Of a DNA stretch of 64,000 nucleotides, positions 56,999 through 64,000 are shown piece after piece. Both the position numbers and the translations under genes were made by a program. Under the pieces are notes generated by a model, which searched no databases, was not told the DNA's origin, and saw only the letters and a list, made by a program, of their open reading frames with translations. Origin of the DNA: Cyanophora paradoxa CCMP329 (Eukaryota; Plantae; Glaucophyta); NCBI GenBank assembly GCA_004431415.1, contig QPMI01000483.1, positions 62,001-126,000 of the forward strand. The letters run 5' to 3'. Position 1 is the stretch's first letter; every line of letters begins with the position of its first letter.

Positions 56999-58350
56999 CT
57001 ATCTATTGGACTGCTTTAACCGAGCTAACTGAGCAGCAACTATCTGCGAAACTGCCGACGAAGAATGTGACGACTTCCTCCGAGCAGAAAACTGGCGGGC
57101 GTTTGGTGAAAGGCTCCTGTTGGAGATCGGTGCTGTTTCATTTGGCGGTTGGATGGAAAGGTGCCAGAAGCCAGTTCTAGAGCACAGCGATGGCTGAGGA
57201 AGAGCATCTTGATCATGAGCATCTGTGTCACCTAAGCTGCCTCGAGAGTCTGATGGCATTAGCTGAGAGCTGCCAGGAGAGCTCAATGGAGAGACTTGTG
57301 GCTGAACATTGCCTCTTGGCCGCTCTTCCTGCTCATCGGCAGCAGCAGCTGAGCGCGGGCTGGAGCGCGGGGACATGGGGCTGCCACCGCAAAGTGCTAC
57401 TCTCTTCAGCATCTGTGAGCTCAAGCAGAACATTGCTGAGCTGAAGCAGCCAAGTTCGAGTAGGGGCTTGGTCTTCTCTAAGGTTGTGTTGCCTGTCCAG
57501 GACGGCTCCTCTATGGCCTGGTAGGTGTCGAAATCGTTTAAATCTGCAAGAGGATACGAAGGAGGTACGTTGATCAAATCAACAGCTAATCCACGAGCAT
57601 GATACGAAGGGGGGGGGGGGGGGGGGGGGGGGACCAAATCACAGCTGACCGGATACGGATGCTGTCGACGAGTTCAAACGCCCCACGCGGCCTGAGATGG
57701 ACCTGGGGACCTTTGCACGCATATGCTCAAGCATCCCTGACGAGGCAGCCGATGCTATTGAGAGGGAGCGAATGCTTGAAGTGGAGATGGACCTCCCAGA
57801 TTGAAGCTGCAATCGATTTCCGAGAGGCGGGTCGCTTTTGCGGATGGATTTTTTGCGGCGGGTCGCTTTTGCGCTGCCGCCTCGTTGTGGATGTTGAACG
57901 GGGACCCACCACGAGCGAGGAGCGTGTTCTCCCTAAGCTTTGTCACGGCGATTGACAAGATTGCAAGATTGTGACGGCGACTTACTTTTCTGAGAGAAAT
58001 TCGACAGACGCCGAGAACAACTGGGCTGCTCTTCCGAAGGAATGTAAACGAGATCTGAGCACAGAGACGTTCAGAATCCTCTCGTTCGAGCGCGAATGCC
58101 GCGCGCCCGTAGCCCAGCAAGAGCAGTTGATTACCTGCGGCGGCTCTTGTTCCACTCGAAATGACACCCATTCAGAATGATCAAAATCGATGCAGTCGAC
58201 GCCGTTTAGAACACGCCACGTGCCAGAGCGCTCGATGACCTCGGAAGTAGCATGCCGCAGCACCACGTCCACGGGCTCGGATGCTACGCAGCTTGCCTCT
58301 ATAAGCCGCGCGTTGATGTACATGTTCCTCGAAAGATAAACATCCAGCAA
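56999..58350 (-). CDS. Hypothetical gene or gene remnant
   Basis: ORFs 56999-57637 and 57982-58350 look protein-like. No domain recognised. Confidence 0.3.
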
Positions 58351-58660
58351 AAACCCAGCGGCGTATAGCTAAGAGCCGACGGCAGGCTGGAACCTCGGCG
58401 CGGTGAAGTCCTGCAGCTGCCTGCCGCAGTGCAGCACCGCTGGCTGGCTTTCCAGACGACAGAGGGGCACAGTCGCAGCTAGCTCTTGCGATGTCCGCCT
58501 AGCTTGCTTGTGTCATCAATGCGCAAGCTAGTGTCGTCAAGCAGCTTCGGTGGCTAGCTTCGCCTGATTGCAATTGAACAACCACGGCCGCAATTTTACA
58601 TCGTAATCGCAATTTCAATTCATGCCATCGTAATCGCAATTTCAATTCATGTGATAATGT

Positions 58661-59786
58661 CAGGGCCCTTGGTGTGCACCCCCCCCAGGAGCATTTGCTT
58701 CAATTCCCGGAGGGATTGTTGTATATGGTCATGGTGCAAGGCAGGGGGCGGCGAGCGGGGCGCTCCTTGGTGGAACAAATACGTAGGCACATGCACCGGG
58801 CATGGCAGCGGCCAGGCAGGCAGTCCCTGGCAGCCGATCCTGGCATAGTGAACAGGAGCCCGGGGCGCGGCGCCGGCGAGCTAGTAGCGTAAGAGGTCTT
58901 TGTATCATACATACAAGTGGTTCGTGTGGCCGGGCGGGCTGCGCGCGCGCTGCCCTGGACGCGCGCCCGTCGAGCGCGCGGGCGCCAGCTCGGGCACTCA
59001 GATGCATGCCGGCAGCGCTCAAACCTACCACGGATGCGATGCTAGGTCGCTGAAGATGCTGCGCGCGCCCGACGCGGCCCAGCACTCGGTTTTGACGACA
59101 GCGTCAAGGGAGGGGGGGGTGCAGTGAATTTTTCGACCGCGGGAACAGCCGGCGGCAGACCGCCGGAGAGCCGCCCCAGCCGGCCAAAACAGCGATAGCC
59201 TAGTGCACGGAGCTGCGGGCGCTCATTGCGGTTCGCCTCGCAATGAGCGGCTTCGAGATTTACATCGACCCGGAGATTCTGGAGGAGTATGTGGCTCAGA
59301 AGAGAAAGGCGAGGGAGATCGTGGCTCTGCTGCACGAGGAGCACCAAATCCAGATTTCGATGCGCGCCCTGCGCTACAAGCTCAGCGACCTCGACCTCTC
59401 GACGGACTACTCTCTCTCAAAGGAGGCAGTTTACGATGTCGTAGAAGAAGCACAGGAGGCTGATGTCTTCGAGCTCCTCCGACGTGCCGTCGTGGCGCTT
59501 CTCGAGCACGAATTCCATGTTCTCGGCGTCCAGATTCTGAAACACAGTCGTCTTGAGCAGCCGCAGGACAACGTCAACGGGGCGGGCGTTGAGCATGTCC
59601 GGCTTGAAATGCACAGGCGGCGCATCCGGGCTGCCCTTCCTGTGGATCACGACACGTTCGATTTCTCCCGCGGGCACGGAGCCCGCCGCGGGTGCCGCCG
59701 GTGCCGCCATGTTCAAAAATTTGCCGCCGAGTTTGAATTGACGTATACCGGGGGGGGGGGGGGGGGGTTGCACACGTTAGTCCCTG
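58661..59786. mobile_element. Putative internally deleted or Pack-type TIR element
   Basis: Left CAGGGcccttgGTGTGCACCCCCCC versus right GGGGGGGTTGCACACgttagtCCCTG. No convincing TSD. Confidence 0.5.
59243..59460 (+). pseudogene. Truncated Clr5-like HTH N-terminus of a transposase/integrase-type protein
   Basis: EIVALLHEEHQIQISMRALRYKLSDLDL matches the L..HGI.IS.RTL.R.L..LGL pattern. Confidence 0.55.
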
Positions 59787-60395
59787 ATCCATGGCCAGTG
59801 ACCTCCGACCAATTTCCCCCCTTCCGAGTCTAGTTCCGAATTCCGACGGTCCGGCCCGGCGGATCATGATCCCTCTCATGATCAGTACTAGTAATCATGA
59901 CGCATGCATATGCATATGCATATGTATGCAAAATGCTGTCGACGTCGACAGTGTCACGTACGGCACCGGCGCCGCGGGGCTCAGCGGCCGCGGCTAGCTA
60001 GCATGCGTATGACCCCGTTGTGATTTTAATTGGTGTCCAAATGCTAGAAACCAGCTGAGTGGTGTCTCGATCTGACCCCTTTTCGCGCCCCCCGGCGCCC
60101 ACCGCAGGCTGACTCCATGTCGGGCCCCCCCCATGGCCTGTAGGGGCTCCCGCCACCGCCCCGAGACGACCCCCGCCGCCGCAAGACGCGATGCAGCACC
60201 ACGCCGTGCGGGCAACTGTAGCTATTACTAGCCAGGCTGCTCGCGGGGAGGCGCATTACTCTCCTTAGGGGGCCACGCAGGGCCCGGCCGGCCAGTTCGC
60301 TGGTGGGCTGGGCCCACGGCCGCGGCAGCCGCAGTGTACATTCCCACACTTGTAGCCCGGAACTGCGTTTTGAGTACGTGTCCAAATGCGAGTGG

Positions 60396-61710
60396 TCATG
60401 GGTTGGGGACTTCGACGTAGCTGGGGGGCCAGCTTTCCTCCCCGCCCTGGCCATCCTCATGATCATCGTCAAGAAGCGGAGAGTCGTCATCGCTGTCGTC
60501 GACGCGCAAAGCCATTGCCGCCTCCTCCTGACAAAAGGTGTCAGAAAGTGGAGTCAAGCGCACGTGCATCACAGAAGTAACCTCTTCTCTTTGGTCGGCA
60601 AGCTCATCGAAGATCTCCGATAGCTGGTCGCCAACTGCTTCGTAGTCATCATCATCCAGGAGTTCAACAGTCCCGTCTGGTGCACGTCTTCCAAAGAACT
60701 ACTGCAGTTAGCGTAGAAGCAAGTCAGTGATCCATGCCCACAATCATGATCACCTGAGGAGATGGGACTGGGACCACGATCGCATATCCCGCATTGCCAA
60801 CTTTCACTCTTGTCAGAACCTGGCAGCAGACTTACAACCAGCTCGACAAACTCTGTGGGTTAAAGATACCCTGTACTCTTGAGGCTCAAAGTCATCTTCT
60901 TCCTGTGCAATAAATTTGTCGGCCTTCAAAAGACTGGGTATCTTCCCTGTTCCGACGTCATGAGGAAGGAGTCGTGTCTTTAGAAGACAACGGTGATGAT
61001 TGTGTGCACCCTGGACTGTCACTGTCATAGAGGTCCGGAGCATTTTCAGCTTGAATTTGTCAGCCATGTGCCTGCCAAGCGCAGGCCAAATGTCGCTAAG
61101 AAGAGGGCTCTCAACTGGCTCAGACAATCAGAAAGAAGAAATATTTAGAAAACGTGCTCACGGGCTTACCATGCACAGGGACGGCAAGTGTGTGCTCTTG
61201 CATTTGCGGGAGGCCCTCCTCCCATACAAACACCTCCACAGGCGTATCGAGGGCCGAGAGGAGCACGTACTCGTCCCCGTCAAACCGTGTCACCTCATCG
61301 ATGCACATCAAGATGGGCTCCAGGCCAGAGTTGTCCCTTATTGTGACGACTGGCCTAACAATGCTCCCGGGACGAGGGTTGTAAGAGACCTCGCATTCGA
61401 AGCTGCAAATAAGTGAGCTCGCAAAGGCATACAGAATTCCCACTTCGCACCGCGAGAACGCCGTCCGGACCTGCAACGGGGCTGCCGGCCGGGGCTTCCG
61501 GCCTGCGAATTTGCGCTCCTCGCGCAATGCGAAGTCGAATTTGCGACTTTTCACCTCCCCCGCGCGGCCGCGCCCCAGGATCGCAGCAGCATGTGCCACG
61601 CAGAACGGCGAGGGCTTAATGTGCGTAGAGGGCGGCGCGTACGCGACTCCTCTGCTCTGATTGCAGCCCAGAGGGGGTGCTGGGACGACGAACGCCGCCC
61701 GGAGCCGCAT
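60396..61710 (-). CDS. Plastid-targeted DUF3727-like protein of cyanobacterial type; multi-exon
   Basis: Transit-like MRLRAAFVVPA..., FDGDEYVLLSALDTPVEVFVWEE, LKMLRTSMTVTVQG, FFGRRAPDGTVELLDDDDYE. Confidence 0.75.
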
Positions 61711-61966
61711 CGAGGAGCTGCTCGTCACGATCGCTCTTCCCAAATGCGCTAATGCGCCAAAATAAGCTAGTGTGGACGTTCCAGGTCCGCTGGGAGCTCA
61801 ACCTCCGTCGGTCCGCCCGGACTCCGCCGAATCGTGGGGGGGTACAGAAGGTACTTTTTGAGGGGGGTCGGAGCATCGCAGGAGCTTAGCAGAGCGCGCG
61901 GATTCCAGCACAAAGGGCTTTGCCAGTTGTGTTGCCAGTTGTTTGCGTCGCGACACAACTGGCAAA
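61711..61966. promoter_or_regulatory. Short bidirectional promoter region
   Basis: About 250 bp between the divergent DUF3727-like and MAPK genes (inferred from geometry only). Confidence 0.4.
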
Positions 61967-64000
61967 GTGGAGCAGCTCGAGGCGCCTCCCGCGCCGCGGA
62001 GCAGCGTCGGCGGACGGCGGCAGTACTCAGTGCATGGGAATACCTTCGAGGGTGCGCTAGCTCCGTTGATCCTGAAAGGCCGCTGTCGGCCCTCGCGGCC
62101 TCATGCGTCACCTTGCAGTCGATGAGCGCTATGAGCTTGTTAAGCCCATGGGCAACGGAGCGTACGGGTGCGCCGCCTGCTGTGCCAGCTGTTTCCTCCG
62201 CCTGCCGTCCAGCTTTCGCCGGGCTCACGCTGTGGTTGTAGCCAAGTGTGCAGCGCACGGGACAATGTATCCGGTGAAATGGTGGCCATCAAGAAGGTGT
62301 CGAAGGCATTCGAGGACCTGACGGACGCAAAGCGGACGCTGCGGGAGATCAAGATCCTTTCTTCGCTCAACCACGAGAACGTGTGCCTGCTCCGGCCCCA
62401 ACGAACGAAACGAAAAAGAAAATGAAGAGCTTTGTCGAATTTGCAGGTCGTTCGTCTGCGGGGCGTGATGAAGCCCGAGAGCCGAGAGCTTTACGAGGAC
62501 ATCTACCTCGTTGAAGGTGATACAGGCTTGTTCGCCATATCTTTTTGCGCTTTAGCGTTTTTTTTCTCCTCAGATCTTATGGAGACAGGTGCTGGCGGGG
62601 GTAGAGTTTCGTTTTGAGCGTTCTCTTATTCCTTTTCAGATCTGGACTGGATTATCCGCTCACAGCAGCCGCTCACTGATGACCATGTTCAGGTGGGTTG
62701 GCTTTGCTTTGAAATACGTTTCTTTGTTGGTCTGTCTCTTTCCTGAATTTCGTTTCCAGTGGTTTGTGTACCAGATTTTACGCGCGGTGAAGTACATACA
62801 TTCTGCTTGTGTTCTGCACAGAGACCTGGTGCGCCCTGAGCAAGCCTTTACGTGTTGCATTCAATAACTTCTTTACTTTCCAGAAACCGAAAAATATTCT
62901 TGTTAATCGCAACTGCGAAATCAAGGTCGGCATCAGCTTTTTCGCAGCATCCCGTCTTTATCTTACTTGCATGCTCAGATCTGTGACTTCGGCCTGGCTC
63001 GAGTTACCGACCCCGAGGACAATGGGCCAGATATGACCCACTATGTGGTGACGCGCTGGTACCGAGCTCCTGAGCTGATTCTGCGGGGAGAGTACAGCAA
63101 AGCCAGTGAGTGGCGTTTTCTCATCTACCTCTTTGGAATCACGGATTACGCGATCTCATTTTCTGCGCCTCAGTTGATATGTGGTCTGTTGGGTGCATCC
63201 TTGCTGAGCTGCTCGCAAGGAGACCACTATTTCCTGGCAAAGATTGTCAGTGCCATCAACGAAAGCACATTGCTGCCATCTGATATCGCTTGCAGATTTG
63301 CAGCAGATCGATCTTATCACGAAGATACTAGGCACTCCGTCGGATGCAGAGCTTCAGTCCATGAAGGCCGATCAGAAGGTGCATTTGACAAATGGGGATG
63401 CTCACGTTCGTGCTGATATGTACCCCAGGCAATCACGTATGTGAAGACACTCCCGCATAGGCAACGCCAGTCGTGCTCAGCACTATTTCCTCAAGCTAGC
63501 CCACTTGGTGCGCGAGTTCCTATTCTCGATATGGACTTTGCAGCTCATTATCACGAGCAGCGATTGACCTCCTTGAGAAATTACTCTGTTTCGACCCCAC
63601 AAGGAGATGTTCGGCTGAGGATGCACTTGCGCATCCATATTTGGTCGACTACCACGATGAGCGCCTCGAGGTTGACATTGAGTACATTTGCATATGTGCC
63701 TGGATGTGTGCTGAATAGATCCGCAGCCTGTCTCCCCGCGTCTGCTGAATTTCGATTTCGAGGATCGCGACTTATCTGAACACGATCTTAAAGGTGCAGG
63801 AAGTTTTTGTTGGAAGACTCCAAAAATCGTAATGTTTGCTCAGATTTAATCTTCGATGAGATCATGCGCATATCTGCAATGCAAGAACAAAGAAGTGATC
63901 AGCAGATGGAGGATGTCGACGAGAATTCCCAGACCACAGCACCTGCTGCTGCCTCAAATCACACACCAGCACACCCCACTGCTTCTTTCTCTGCTACTCC
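61967..64000 (+). CDS. Mitogen-activated protein kinase (ERK/plant MPK-like), many short introns; runs off the window end
   Basis: [70 protein letters not shown]. Confidence 0.96.

Overview
GC-rich, intron-containing eukaryotic (algal) DNA. A plastid-targeted gene with an MAFV- transit peptide suggests a glaucophyte such as Cyanophora (inference). Bases 1-15773 are the 3' part of a very large Ty3/gypsy LTR retrotransposon. It has at least 9 kb of unrecognised intronless coding sequence before PR, then a dUTPase-like remnant, RT, RNase H, a long linker, integrase, a PPT and a 256-bp TGTCG...CGACA 3' LTR. The LTR ends exactly where base composition drops and cuts off the 5' end of a small phage-like gene. 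That gene opens a compact low-GC, virus-like island (15774-~18550) with two paralogous fibre-like ORFs and a 55-bp tandem array, so the retrotransposon appears to be nested in an endogenous DNA-virus-like element. Next come an orphan minus-strand ORF, a 151-bp satellite, degenerate tRNA-like sequences, an ORF1-only insertion bounded by a 14-bp direct repeat, and two hAT-type MITEs with perfect 8-bp TSDs. Host genes follow: ADCY10-like adenylate cyclase, CCCH zinc-finger protein, TFIIB-like protein, PsbQ-like thylakoid-lumen protein (with nearby direct and inverted partial copies), a Q/A-rich protein, a DUF3727-like plastid protein and a MAP kinase with a THY loop. Frequent single-base frameshifts may be assembly errors. 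All family calls come from motif recognition, not database searches.
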